Source of the DNA: Octopus sinensis | Taxonomy: Eukaryota | Reading direction: 5' to 3' | Assembly: GCF_006345805.1 (NCBI RefSeq) | Contig: NC_042999.1 | Location: 63,240,001-63,304,000 of the forward strand | Length of the DNA stretch: 64,000 nt | Part shown: in pieces, positions 11,961 to 24,892 of the stretch | How positions within the stretch are numbered: position 1 is the first letter of the stretch | Layout: each line of letters begins with the position of its first letter | Made by a program: the position numbers and the translations under genes | Notes under the pieces: generated by a model | Told to the model about the DNA's origin: nothing | Seen by the model: only the letters and a program-made list of their open reading frames with translations | Databases searched by the model: none

Positions 11961-12480
11961 AGGCGGCGAGCTGGCAGAATCGTTATTGCATCAGGCAAAA
12001 TGCTTTGTGGCACTTCGTCAGTCTTTACGTCATGAGTTCAAATTCCACAGAGGTTGACTTAGCCTTTCATCTTTTCAGGGTCAATAAAATAAGTACCAGT
12101 TGAGCTAGTTTTCCACCACCTTTCTTAAAAATCGTAGTAGAGGTCTTGGTCTCGGGACTACTCATGTCTAGAAACTGAGGTTGGGGGTAAGCAAGGACAT
12201 GCTCCTCTGTAGAAAATCCAGCTCCAAAAAAGCCTCATGATAGCAAAGGAGAATGGGCACCAGCCAGCCCAAAGGTTGGGGTGGGCTGCACCTGCCTATC
12301 TCAGTTCCTATGGCATTGAGGTAGATCCGGCCAACCCTACCATTAACGGGGACAAAACCAGGATTGAAAACACTGGATGATGAGCAGGAGGAGGAGGACT
12401 GAGGTCAATTTAATTGGCTTATCCTGTCCCCGAAATTGCTAACCTTGTCTCAAAATTTGAAACCAATATTAAACTCAATA
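11961..12480 (+). mobile_element. SINE family B with a nested RTE-derived insertion (12105-12398)
   Basis: aggcggcgagctggcagaatcg head; TSD aatat(c/t)aaactcaata at 11945-11960 and 12465-12480. Confidence 0.75.
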
Positions 12481-13149
12481 CTCAAGCTTATTAAGCTTTT
12501 ATAAGAGAGGAGAGAGTGACTTCAAAGTTTCAGTTTGCTGGCCTTCATTGAACTGTCCACCATAGGCTAGCAGGCCGTAACTTTGAAGTCACTGTCACTT
12601 CTCTTATTGTAAAACTTTATACACAGACAGACAGGCAGGCAGAGGGGCATAGACAGATATACACACAGAAAGACAGGTATACATACAGAGACAAACAGTT
12701 GGATGAAAAATGTGGCTTATGTGGAAGTAGAACAACAATTCCCATAACCTATGATTGATCAACAAAGCTGATCAATGATAGGTTATGTGTATTGTCAAAC
12801 AAAAAGTAATACAAAGAGACTCGACTTTATGTTGCTGTATACTCTAATAAAATGGGAGTCAAAACTGGTGGTGAGTTATGCAGGGAGGTGGTGAAGCAAA
12901 CTACGAAACTAATGATTGGATGAGAAATATGTCAGGCATAAGAGAAAAATTTTGAATAGATGCCAAAGGGTAGTACTTTTGCATAGAAGACCATCATGCT
13001 CGACATTTATCAAGAATTTTACACATGTTAAAAAGCTATTGCTTTTATTTATGATAGGTTCAGCTTCAAAGAAGGATTATGCATACAGCGGAGGCAACAA
13101 ATTGAAATGATTCATTTAGAAGATACTAAATGAATGCATAATGATGCAG

Positions 13150-13290
13150 GAGTATGATGTGACAAGAGAGAGAGAAAGAGTATGATGTAACGAGAGAGAG
13201 AGAGAGAGAATATGATGTAACAAGAGAGAGAAAGAGTGTGATGTGACAAGAGAGAAAGAGTATAATGTGACAAGAGAGAGAGAAAGAGAC
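13150..13290. repeat. Minisatellite, ~5 x (agtatgatgtgacaagagagagagaaag)
   Basis: Direct reading. Confidence 0.85.
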
Positions 13291-13744
13291 AGACAGACAA
13301 AGTGTGCGTGTGTGTGTGAATTTTTGGTACAGGCAGCAAACTGAAGATCACAGTTTAAATTGTTTGTAGAAAAAATTTACACCCCATGGACACAAACATT
13401 ATCACATGTGGCATATCTGATGACATTTTTTGGTTAAATTCAATTACAGATACCACATTCCTGTTCTCATTATCACTGAGAAACACATTTTGTACGAGGG
13501 TATGTATGTGCATGCATATTATAAACTAAATTGGATATGAGGTTATGAGGAAACCTGTACTGTTAGAAATAACAGCCAAATAGCTCTTTAAATTACACCT
13601 AACCCTTTTTAAAGCAGAAAGGGAAGTCACATTAGATAATGTGGTTCTAGATACACTGGAACAAAACAAAGACGGCAGGGGACACATCAAGAATGCATGA
13701 CCAATGATCTGGTCAATCAGAAACAGGCTGAAGCTAAACAAGAA

Positions 13745-13965
13745 CCGGGTAGAAACGTTAGCAAGCCGGGCGAAATGCTTAGCGGTATTTCGTCTGCCGC
13801 TACGTTCTGAGTTCAAATTCCACCGAGATTGACTTTGCCTTTCATCCTTTCAGAGTCGATTAAATAAGTACCAGTTATGCACTGGAGTCGATGTAATCGA
13901 CTTAATTTTTCTGTCCATGTTTGTCCCTTCTGTGTTTAGCCCCTTCTGGGCAATAAAGAAACAAG
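13745..13965 (+). mobile_element. SINE family B
   Basis: gaaacgttagc..gttcaaattcc..gcctttcatcc..aataaagaaac tail. Confidence 0.88.
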
Positions 13966-14010
13966 AATTGATTTCATTAGTAGAAAACCTGGTGTAGAAA
14001 CTGACTTTAA

Positions 14011-14217
14011 CCTTTTAGCATTCAGATTACTCTGTCAGAAGTGATGCATATTATCTCACATCATTTTGAATTAATCATTCATTATCTTATAGCTTTAAGA
14101 TTTCAATGATGTGATTGTTTGTTTTTAGAATGACATTATAGGGTAGGTGTGAGAGGTCAGATCTCACAATAGACAGAATATTTTAGGCCTGATATGGTCA
14201 GTTTAGATGCCAAAGGG
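14011..14217. mobile_element. piggyBac-like MITE
   Basis: TTAA|ccttttagcatt ... atgccaaaggg|TTAA. Confidence 0.8.
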
Positions 14218-14895
14218 TTAAGTTTGACAGTTTGCCACGGTCGAGTTAGCTCCTCTCTATAGCAAAGAGAGAAAGAAAGGGTAGAGTTTTAACTTTAACA
14301 TATTGGCTCCCACATGACCCACTGGAAGCTTGTAGCAGTAAGTTTGCAAGAGTCACATGACCCTCTGGTGGGCCACCTAATTTCTTTTCTATGAGACTTT
14401 TGGGAGCTAGTATGTTACAATTGCTTAAATATGCAACTATGGTACACCAGAATATTTCTTCTATATAATTTTTTTTTTCATTTACCATTTGATCTTCACA
14501 TTTATAAAATTGGGTTTCATCATGTAATGAGGTAAAATAAAAGACTTGAGTATACAAAAAATATATAACTAGGAAAACAGAAGGTACCAAACAATCCACC
14601 AGTGGGTTGTGCAAAAAAAGATACTATATGATCCTTGTTTTACATATGATACAGTGAAAAAAATTTTATGGCACTCGTATCAAAATTAATTGAGATACTG
14701 TATTGGGACTCTGAGATGCCAACATGTTTAATATGTAGAACATGTGAAACTACAATACTAGTTGAACCAAGTAGAAAAACTTCAAGGTGGAAGAATCAAT
14801 GTGAAGGAAATCTCCTTTCAATTCATACAGAAGTTAGCAAATGCGAAGGACTGTCTTATCTAATATTCTACATTGAAATAATTCAGGTTTGACCA

Positions 14896-15133
14896 TTACC
14901 TATTTCTTTACTAACCACAAGGGGCTAAACACAGAGGGGACAAACAAGGACAGACAAACGTATTAAGTCGATTACATCGACCCCAGTGTGTAACTGGTAC
15001 TTAATTTATCGACCCTGAAAGGATGAAAGGCAAAGTCGACCTCGGCGGAATTTGAACTCAGAATGTAGTGACAGATGAAATACTGCTAGGTATTTCGTCT
15101 GGCGTGCTAACAATTCTGCCAGCTCGCTGCCTT
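14896..15133 (-). mobile_element. SINE family B
   Basis: Full copy with TSD ttgaccattac on both sides. Confidence 0.9.
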
Positions 15134-15864
15134 GACCATTACTACCTCCTACAGAACTAAAACTGGGTAAACTGTTTATCTTTTATCCTTTCATTCGTTA
15201 AAGTCATTGAACTGTGGCCATGCTGGGGTATCATCTTGAAGGGTTTTAGTCAAACCAATCAATTTTAGTACTTTCTTTTTTTAAGTTTGATACTTAGTTT
15301 GATACTTCTGCCAAACTGCTAGGTTACAAGAACATAAACAAACCAACACTGATTGTCAGGCAGTGATGAGGGATGAACACAAATAAAAAGACACACATGC
15401 ACACATAAAATTAATAATAAAACGAGCAGTGCTGGGGTGCGCTGATATATCTTAAAGAAAGTAGTCAATCTTGCTCTCTACTAATTAACCAATTTCCCAA
15501 CATATTTTGTAATGTCCAGAGCAAGTATTTTATTTGTCCACTGAGCAATTGCTCCGGTTGACTTTATTTACTAAGTGAGTGCCTGACTGAACCAAATGAC
15601 ACAGTGGTCAGACAATGATCTGATCAACAAGATTTTTTAAAATACTTAATGGTATGATACATGACCACTAAAGCCATCACCTTACAGTCCATTGTTGGGA
15701 ACTAATAAAAAAACAATGCTTAAAGATGAAGAGTAGAGAGAAAAATGAATGAATTATAAAGAACTTATAAAATGTCCAAGAAGAAAAATTCAGCAAGAAT
15801 ATCACAGATTATTAAGACAATTTTGAGAGCATTGCCATTGAAAGAAAACACTGATAAAATAATC

Positions 15865-16232
15865 TACTCTTTTACTTGTTTCAGTCATTTGACTGTAGCC
15901 ATGCTGGAGCACCACATTTAGTCGAGCAAATAGACCACAGGACTTATTATTTGTAAGCCTAGTACTTATTCTATTGGTCTCTTTTGCCAAACTGCTAAGT
16001 TACGGGGACATAAACACACCAGTATCGGTTGTCAAGCGATTTTGGGGGGACAAACACAGACACAAACACATATATATATATATGACGGGCTTCTTTCAGT
16101 TTCCATCTACCAAATCCACTCACAAGGCTTTGGTCGGCCTGAGGCTATAGTAGAAGACACTTGCCCAAGGTGTCACGCATTGGGACTGAACCTGGAACCA
16201 TGTGGTTCGTAAGCAAGCTACAACCACTCCTA
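15865..16232 (-). mobile_element. SINE family A
   Basis: Full copy matching 6520 and 22517. Confidence 0.88.
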
Positions 16233-17091
16233 TATATATATATATATATATATCAAAATCAAATTCAATGACTAGCAAGCTACTTACCACATAACCACCC
16301 CTACGCCTATTGCAAAATAATTTTGAAATGCATAAAAGTAAAGAGAAAAATTGAAAAACGAGACATGTCAAAAAGTTGATAAAACACATGATTGTTGACT
16401 ACCTTAACTGGGTTTTTTTTTTTCATACAACTTTATCAAGACTATTAATGTTAACAGCATGTGATGGACAGATACTGAAATTGGGTTACACACCAAGATA
16501 TCTGAGTTATCAGCTTAACAAATTGATTTGTCTAGGTGTCAGTAGTAATTAAAATTGTAGAAAGATGTATATAATGAAATCTCACTAGCACCTAGAACTA
16601 AATTTTCTTCTTTTTATCTCCACTGCCATCCACTTTACTAACCAAAGCCATATCTTAATAATGTGTGTGAAGAAATTTAGAGAAGAGTATCATCATTAAT
16701 TAACAAAACAACAATATAATATTTCTAAACCCCCCCCTTCTCTTTCTGTATTTTTTAATGAAAATACCAACTAGTTTTCTGTCTAAATGTGTGGTGCAAA
16801 CTAAAATAATGTCTGAAAGAAAATTGACTATTTTCTTATGGAAATTATTATAGATTCTATCAATATATCCAACCTGCTACATGTGTACTATCAGACTATC
16901 TTGTCACTGTCAAAAAGTGCCTGAGAAACCGAATGCCATCAAAATTACAGTTGGAAAAAATACTTTGCATAAAGAATGGCAGTGGTTACCAACCTTTTCT
17001 GCACTACAGTCTGGTTTTAGCAAGATTTTCCACAAGAAGATTACATGCATAACAAAACACAATAACATGCATAATAGATAATTCAATTATT

Positions 17092-17562
17092 GAAATCAAA
17101 TTCGATGACTGGCATCTGTGCTAGTGGAGTGCTAAGAGCACCATCCAAGCATGATCGTTGCTAGAGCAACTGACTGGCTTTCGTGCTGGTGGTACATAAA
17201 AAGCACCATTCGAGTGTAATCGTTACCAGCGTTGCCTTACCAGCACTTGTGCCAGTGGAACGTGAAAAAACATTCGGGCGAGGTTGTTGCCAGTGCCGCT
17301 GGACTGGCTCCTGTGCAGGTGGCACATGAAAAACACCATTTGAGCATAGCCATTGCCAGTACCGCCTGACTGGCCCTCGTGCTGGTGACATGTAAAAGCA
17401 CCCACTACACTCTCAGAATGGTTGGCATTAGGAAGGGCATCCAGCTGTAGAAACTGCCAGATCAGATTAGAGCCTGGTGCAGCCATCTGGTTTGCCAGTC
17501 CTCAGTCAAATCATCCAACTCATGCTAGCATGGAAAGCGGACGTTAAACGATGATGATGATG
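17092..17562 (+). mobile_element. Family C with ~5 internal modules
   Basis: aaatcaaattcgatgactggc start, repeated ggtggcac.t.aaaa.cacc cores, (gat)n tail. Confidence 0.88.
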
Positions 17563-18249
17563 AATACAAAAACAGTCTGTAGACTCTGATAGTAAATAAT
17601 ATAGAAATATAATTTTAAAATCTATTTTTTCTGTACAGCCCTGTGGTTGGAGAATCCTGAAGTATAGTTTTTTAATAATCAACACATAAGTATGTTTTCT
17701 AAAATTGTTACTAGTAACAAGAAATCTAATTTAATAAAAAAAATTACTCTGTAGCATTTGGCTTAACAAAAGCTGAACATTTCATTTTTTGGATTTGATT
17801 TGCAAGATTCCTTATGTGAGTTTGTGTGTTGAAGCATATTCTGTTGTGTCTGAAAAGGTTGCAAGATGCAATGAAAATTTTAGGAAAATAAAAATAAGAA
17901 ATAAGTGGAAATTTTACCGGTGAGTGTGTTAAATCAAAAGGCACAAAAAGAAAATGACTCTCCCCAGACACAACAGAAAAAGCTGAACACTTTATGGCTA
18001 TCATACAGGAGATGAGCATTTATATACAGCTTGAAGTAAAATGGACAAGAAGTATGTGATGCTATAATGCATGTTGCTAATGATTAGCAGATGGTCTGAA
18101 AAAATTTTTAAAAAAAGGAAGGAGACACTTGATAATGTTGTCCTAGATACACCACATCTAGGTAAAAAATTAAGATGGCAATTTCTGGAATGCTTGTAAT
18201 CATGGATCTGCTTGATTAGGGTTGATGTAGGGTTAACCAAAAACAACTA

Positions 18250-18570
18250 TAGTTGCTTCCCAATCATGTGGTTTCAGGTTCAGTCCCACTGCATGGCACC
18301 AGGGGCAAGTATCTTCAACAATAGAGCAGAGCTGGCTATTGGCTTTGTGAGTGGATATGGCAGATGGTTGCAAGTGAACATAGAAGCAATGTCATTTGTT
18401 TCCAGTCATCCATGGAAAACATGTCTGGCCATGGGAAATACTACCTAGATTGGAAAGAGATGAGGCCTGGCAACAGGAAGGGATATCCAGCCATAGAAAG
18501 TCTGCCTCAGCTAGATCCATCTGATTCATGCAAGCATAGAGAACCAGTGGTTAAATAATGATAATGATGA
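18250..18570 (+). mobile_element. Chimeric SINE: family A head with RTE-type tail, decayed
   Basis: cagtcccactgcatggcacc..ggcaagt head followed by ggcaacaggaagggatatccagcc..gttaaataatgataatgatg. Confidence 0.6.
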
Positions 18571-19957
18571 TATTGTACACTGCTATATCAGAATTATGTT
18601 TTTGAGACAGGATGCTCAAAAGACTTTAGAAACAAAGGGAAGGATGGCATACGTTAAGGAATGACTGATACATACTTAAACTATGATGTGGAGATGTGCT
18701 ACCAGTCCAAATATTCTACCTGTTCAAAACAGCCAAATTCGGCCTCCCCCATTATCATTCTAAAAACATACCATCACATCTTTGAAATCTCAGAGCTATT
18801 AGATAATGCATAACTAATTCAAAACAATGTGAATAGATAAGCATTATATTGATAAAGAAATCTGAGTACAGAAAGTTTAAATCGATAGACTACTGACCAT
18901 ATGAATGTATAAAAACTAGAGACCAGGGAAAGCTGTGATGATCTTTGTTAGTAAAAATCGATTTAGAAAGAAGCACTGTCTGAAGCCACTTCAATAGATG
19001 ACACACTGATCTTGTTTACTATTGTGCTGTGACTCCAAAAATGGTATCCTAATTGCTTGATTGATTCCACTCCTTAATTCACAATTGAGAGATTAGAGTT
19101 ATTAGACAGAACACAGTTGTAAAAATCAATTGTTTTGATAACAATTCACCATGAAAAATTGGCTGTTAAATCCTCATAAAAGACAACAAATACTGAACAG
19201 TTGAAAATAACCATTTTTTTTTTTTAGAAACGAACCTTAAACCTTTTCTTTGAATCATAAAAGAGGGAAATTTCATGGTTTAAATTGTATTAACTTATTT
19301 TCATTTTAAGATATTTAAAAGCTTTCCTATGGATGAAAAATACCCAAAGTTGGTCTCCTTAAGCAGCACCTTGAGCAAGTGTTCTAACCACAGGATTGGC
19401 TTGACCAAATGGACTGAGCAAAATTTGATAGAAAAAGACTGTGTGGAATCCTGTTATATGTGTAATGTGACTGTTGATAAACTTGTGTATTAGACAAAAT
19501 TCTGGAGTCAAACAAGTACCTAAAACCCTTGAAGACAGCCTCAATTTGACTGCAGTTCAATGACTGGAATCAATAAAAGATCTTCTAACAGCAGAAGGTA
19601 ATACTGACTGAGGAAGACTGATGAAGGAATGAGTTACATCTCAGGGTTCTGAGCCTCATAGATGAGTTGATGAAAAATCATGATGAAAAGCAATATACTG
19701 TATGATAGATATGTGCAACTCATGCCAGCTAGGAAAAAAAAACAGATAACAAAATATTGATAATGAAAATGATTTTCTTCTAAATTAATTAAATGGAAAT
19801 TAAAATTAGACTGACTTGATAGGCAGATAAATAGAATCACATTAATACAAATAAAAATAAAAATTACATTACCAGTTTGGTAGAAATTAGAGTATATATG
19901 GTGTCTGTAAGAAACGTTTCTCCCAAAAAGTAATAAACTGAAAAACCATAAAAAGGT

Positions 19958-20007
19958 ACTCACCTGTAAATAAAAAGAAACAAAAATAATGGTAAAATAC
20001 AGTTCAC
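19958..20007 (-). other. Candidate juxtaposed 3'/5' splice site (recursive splice/ratchet point)
   Basis: Minus strand tattttaccattatttttgtttctttttatttacAG|GTgagt, junction between 19964 and 19963. Confidence 0.45.
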
Positions 20008-20111
20008 AGAAATGACAGCAGATAATTATATTACGGTTTACTTTGTTTATTTAACAACAGAAAATTAACTTAAATTCCTTGGCCTATCAAGATCCTCTTT
20101 TGTGTTAATAC

Positions 20112-20466
20112 TGAAATCGATCAAAAATCAATGGAAATTGTAGTTGTGATACTAGTGCCGGTGGCACATAAAAGAACCATCCAAACGTGGCCATTGCCAG
20201 CGCTGCCTTGACTGGCTTCCGTGCCGGTGGCACATAAAAAGCACCAACCGATCGTGGCTGTTGCCAGCCTCGCCTGGCACCTGTTGCCGGTGGCACGTAA
20301 AAAGCACCCACTACACTCACGGAGTGGTCGGTGTTAGGAAGGGCATCCAGCTGTAGAAACACTGCCAGATCAGACTGGAGCCTGGTGCAGCCTTCTGGCT
20401 TCCCAGACCTAAGTCGAACCATCCAACCCATGCTAGCATGGAAAGCGGACGTTAAACGATGATGAT
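20112..20466 (+). mobile_element. Family C with 3 modules
   Basis: Three gccggtggcac.taaaa cores and the shared 3' end. Confidence 0.88.
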
Positions 20467-20965
20467 CATCATCATCATTAGGGTGAACTATAATAAAAGC
20501 AACATCAACAAATCATAATAGGCCCATCATTTGCTTGGAAATAGGGAAGGGTTAGCAAAAAGAAGGGCATCAGGTTGCAGAAATTCTGCCTCAAAAAATT
20601 CTATCTGATCTGTGCATGCATGGAAAAGTGGATATTCAATGATGATGATGATGATGATAATACAACAGCATTACTAAAGCTATGAAAGATATGGATAAAC
20701 AGAAAAGTTAAACAAAATGAGTGGCTAGGGTCCTAAACTACTAGTTCAACAACAACAACGCTGCTGCCACCACCACCACCACCACCATCAATTATCTATA
20801 ACTTGCACTTGAGTTAATCAGGATGACAGATGCACCATATCCCATTCCATCATCAATATTCTATATCCGTTGCAGCATCACTGTTCACTATCAAGTTCTT
20901 GAGCATGGTTTTGGGAGCCTCGCATGAGATGGTTCTTAAATGATAACTCAGCAAGCAGAGTTTAA

Positions 20966-21185
20966 CCCTTTAGCGTTCAAATTAATATGTCAGAAGTAAT
21001 CCTTATTCATTTACATTTTAAAAAATTTATTTGATATTATCTTGTAGCTTCAAGATTTGAAAGATGTAATTGTTTATTTTTAGAATGACATTGCAGGGTA
21101 GGTGTGAGATGCTGGTTCTGGCCAGTTTGAGCATAAAATGAGTAGAATCTTCGGGCCGGATATAGCCGGTTTAAACACTAAAGGG
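20966..21185. mobile_element. piggyBac-like MITE
   Basis: TTAA|ccctttagcgtt ... aacactaaaggg|TTAA; same family as 14011. Confidence 0.85.
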
Positions 21186-22516
21186 TTAAGGAGGAAATTT
21201 ACTTCTATTTATTGGAGCAGGTATGACAATGTCTATATTTAAGTTGACTTACTTTTTTATCCATCTTTCATTGATGCCAAGGCAAACTGTGGCAGAACAA
21301 AGTAAATAGTTAAAATAGATAAGATTTGGACTTATTAACTTAGAGGCCTCGTGCTCAAATCCATCACAAGCATTTTCTTAAGCATTTAAGCTTCATACTT
21401 AATTTCTATACATTCAATTCATCTATCTGCCAGATGAAGTTTCTCGATCTGGGAATGCTTGTCACATTATATTGGTATCCTACCTGAGGAGATATTAGTC
21501 CATTATCTACTTTTTGCTATGAAACTGGAACTGCAAACCAGATCTTAACCTCGTAGAGCTTTGGAAACATTTACACTACAGAGATGGGCAATAAAAGGCT
21601 TTCACTAATCCAGTCTTAGTGTTTGAGCATTTTAAATCTTTTCTCTTGGGTTATGGTGAGTCAAATAACCAACTAGGTTCTAGAGGCATAACTCGAAGAC
21701 TTACCATGTATTGTGTCTAGGCTAAATCAGATTAACAAAACTGCTTATCCCATCCCTTATCAAGCTTTACCCATGAAAGGGTTTGAACTCAGCAGAGCAA
21801 GTTAACAAAATATTTATCAATTGAATAGAGATTTTGCTGCTAAATGAAGTAAGCTATACCTCCATGTAACACCTTTTTATAACTTAATAGACTGAATTAT
21901 AGAGAGTTGAGTGTGTTCATCAAAGACACCACATAAAACTTGACAAAGACCTGAACTAATGATCTCAAAGCTAGTAGGCTGATACACTAACAACCTGAGT
22001 AAATGCTACTCTTGGTGCTGTAGTGGTAGGATGACTGAGTGGATGAGGTATTACACTGTCTATTCATGGCACACAAGTTCAAATCTATTGTAAGCTTTTT
22101 GTTTCTAGATAGTATTCTCAATTCTATACTACCTTAGTTAGAAGATTCATTACAAAATGCTTTTAAATAAAGTTCATGCAATAGACTCGTGTACACCAGG
22201 CAGGGAGTTATTTCCTTACTTTGTACCATAAGACCATAGTTAATCCCCATCCTCTAATACTCTCTTGATGATTTGAAGGCATTTACATTAAATCTCAGAT
22301 CTGGATTATTTTGAACCTAATGGATCTCTTGCAGCTTCTGTTAGACTTTGGTAATTCCATTTGTGCTGAGTACACTGTCCTAGAGATTAGAAAATCTAGT
22401 ACTTTGCAATTTATACTCCTAGAATATTAAGCCAACCATCCTGTAACCCAAGCAGTGCATATCAAAATAGGTCAAATTTCAGTCAGCTTATCAGTGTCAA
22501 ATAGAAGTCTTAATAT

Positions 22517-22925
22517 GCTCTTTTATTTGTTTCAGTCATTTGACTGCGGCCATGCTGGAGCACCACCTTTAGTCAAGCAAATCGACCCCAGGACTTATTC
22601 TTGGTAAGCCTAGTACTTATTCTATCGGTCCCTTTTGCCGAACCGCTAAGTTACAGAGACATTAACACAACCAGCATCAGTTGTCAAGCGATGTTGGCGG
22701 GACAAACACAGACACACAAACATACATATATATATATACATATACGACGGGCTTCTTTCAGTTTCCGTCTACCAAATCCACTCACAAGGCTTTGGTTGGC
22801 CCGAGGCTATAGTAGAAGACACTTGCCCAATGTGCCACGCAGTGGGACTGAAAGCTAGTAGGACTGAACCCAGAACCATGTGGTTCGTAAGCAAGCTACT
22901 TACCACACAGCCATTCCTGCGCCTA
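22517..22925 (-). mobile_element. SINE family A
   Basis: Full-length copy. Confidence 0.9.
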
Positions 22926-23204
22926 TGCTATATAGATTCTGTGTTAGTAGTGTCTGACATCAATTCTAGTAATTGGCTCTCCTTTGAAAACATTCACTGA
23001 GTATTCAAAAAGAAGGAAGTATACATGAATACCTATTGGGTTTTCAAAAAGGGACTGTATATGGATATGTATATGTGGTTATTTGAATGTCTCCTTTTTC
23101 CATACCTTTTTGAGTTAGATGGGGGTTCACTGGGGCATATTTCTATGGCCAGATGCTCCACTTGTCACCAATGCTCAACTGTTCCTAAGTAAAGTAATAT
23201 TTCC

Positions 23205-23412
23205 GGATCTTTTCACTTTGACCGGCAGATTTTTCAAATAATTTCTATGTAACTAAACACTTTTAAACTTCGTATACTGGTAGTGTGTTACATAAAACAT
23301 CAGCCAAGAGAAAAAGATGTTTTATGTAACACACTACCAGTATACGAAGTTTAAAAGTGTTTAGTTACATAGAAATTATTTTAAAAATCTGCTGGTCAAA
23401 GTGAAAAGATCC
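23205..23412. mobile_element. Foldback MITE, 97-bp arms and 14-nt loop
   Basis: ggatcttttcactttg...caaagtgaaaagatcc, 2 mismatches seen; flanks atatttcc / atattttcc (8-9 bp TSD). Confidence 0.9.
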
Positions 23413-23777
23413 ATATTTTCCCCAGTCCGGACAAGTTTTACACGTGCGCACACACACACAACTTACAAGCTTCTTTTCAGTTTCTGCAAATCAAATTCTC
23501 TCACAACTCTTTGGTCAGTCTGAGTCTGTAATCAGGACACTAGCCCAAGGTTCTTAGCAGTAGAACTGAACCCAAAACCTTGTGGCTGGGAAGCAAATTT
23601 CTTAACCATACCACCATGCTTGTGGATAACATCGGCTTTCTGTGCTGGCATGGGCATGTCCGCATACACACACACACAAATTACAAATGCTTAATAGGGC
23701 TCTCCATCAAATTCAATAATGACTACTGTCTTTAACTGTGGATCCTTAGATGATTTAAGGACAACAGCAACAGAAAG

Positions 23778-23970
23778 TGGAGGTACAATGGCCTAGTGGT
23801 TAGGGCAGCAGACTCGTGGTTGTAAGAACACAGTTTCGATTCCCAGACCAGGCATTGTGAGTGTTTATTAAACAAAAACACCTAAGCTCCACGAGGCTCT
23901 GGCGAAGGGGGGGGGGACCCCGCTGTACTCTTTCCCCACAACTTTCTCTCACTCTTTCTTCCTACTTCTG
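23778..23970 (+). mobile_element. SINE family D (tRNA-derived head)
   Basis: gtggagg..tggcctagtggttagggcagc (A box)..gtttcgattccc (B box)..actttctctcactctttctt. Confidence 0.8.
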
Positions 23971-24734
23971 CCACAAAGCAGAGGAACCATGGTGTAACCC
24001 ACTAACGTGTGATAAAACTTTCAGACCCTAGTCTAGACTGCGAATCCTCTGTACCCCAGGATGGTTCAGCTCTCCACCCGTTAAAATCCACCGTTTGAGA
24101 ATAACAATGTAGCTTTCACGCCCGTGCAACTGCCAGTCTATCGTGTGTGGTGGGTGGATCTTCAAGTTGCCACACGCATTCTTAGTAGCTTAGAGTAGGC
24201 TCAAATTAGAGATTGTTCTTTGTGGATAATGGTGATATTTATTTGTTGCAGAAACACAAGATGCCCTGATTGCAACAATAGCAATGACTGTGACGGATCA
24301 TCCTGAGGGCCAAGATCCCAATTGCAACAGAAGATACATGCATGATCAAGCTTTATAGTGATATTGGGGACAAGTGTGTACATTTCTCAGGATCACCATC
24401 TTCACTGTCATGTGATCCAAGATGACTAGTGCGCCCCTCTAAACTGTAGGAGGCTGCTTGAAGTCCAGTCTGTCAGAAAACACCTTGACTCTTTAGCATC
24501 TAAACTGGCCATATCTGGCCCAAATATTCTATTTTATGTTCAAACCAGATAGATCTAACCTCTGACACCTACATTATGCTATGCTGTAGGTGTGAGAATG
24601 ATATCAACAATTCAAAACAACGTGAATAAACAAGTATTGCATTTGATAGAATAGTCTGAATGCTAAACAGTTAAAGCTGACCTGACTGCTACAGTTTTTC
24701 TTTTTAGTGATTATTACCCTTGCCTTTGTCAGAT

Positions 24735-24892
24735 TTGACACACCCCAAAAGCAGAAGGGCAGTACAGACAAACTTCCCTCCATCATTATGACAGTAAGTA
24801 GCCTTGTCTATACCTCACCACAAAGCAGAAAGGCAGTACAGACAAACTGCTCTCCTATCATTATGGCAGTAAGGAGCCCTATCTACACCTCT
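24735..24892. repeat. Two-copy ~72 bp tandem duplication
   Basis: aaagcagaa.ggcagtacagacaaact..atcattatg.cagtaag.agcc occurs twice. Confidence 0.8.

Noticed and set aside
17161-17486. Recurrent ORFs FLQLDALPNANHSESVVGAF and RGYSRRHLPKV
   Set aside because: Chance translations of family C and SINE A consensus; such peptides are typical repeat-derived false gene models
1535-19625. Other CTGATGA occurrences (1535, 5154, 6119, 7006, 13417, 19618)
   Set aside because: No stem II plus GAAA or stem I pairing nearby
23970-24470. Possible LINE 5' region with a DI.LLQ endonuclease-like motif
   Set aside because: Single weak motif and no continuous frame
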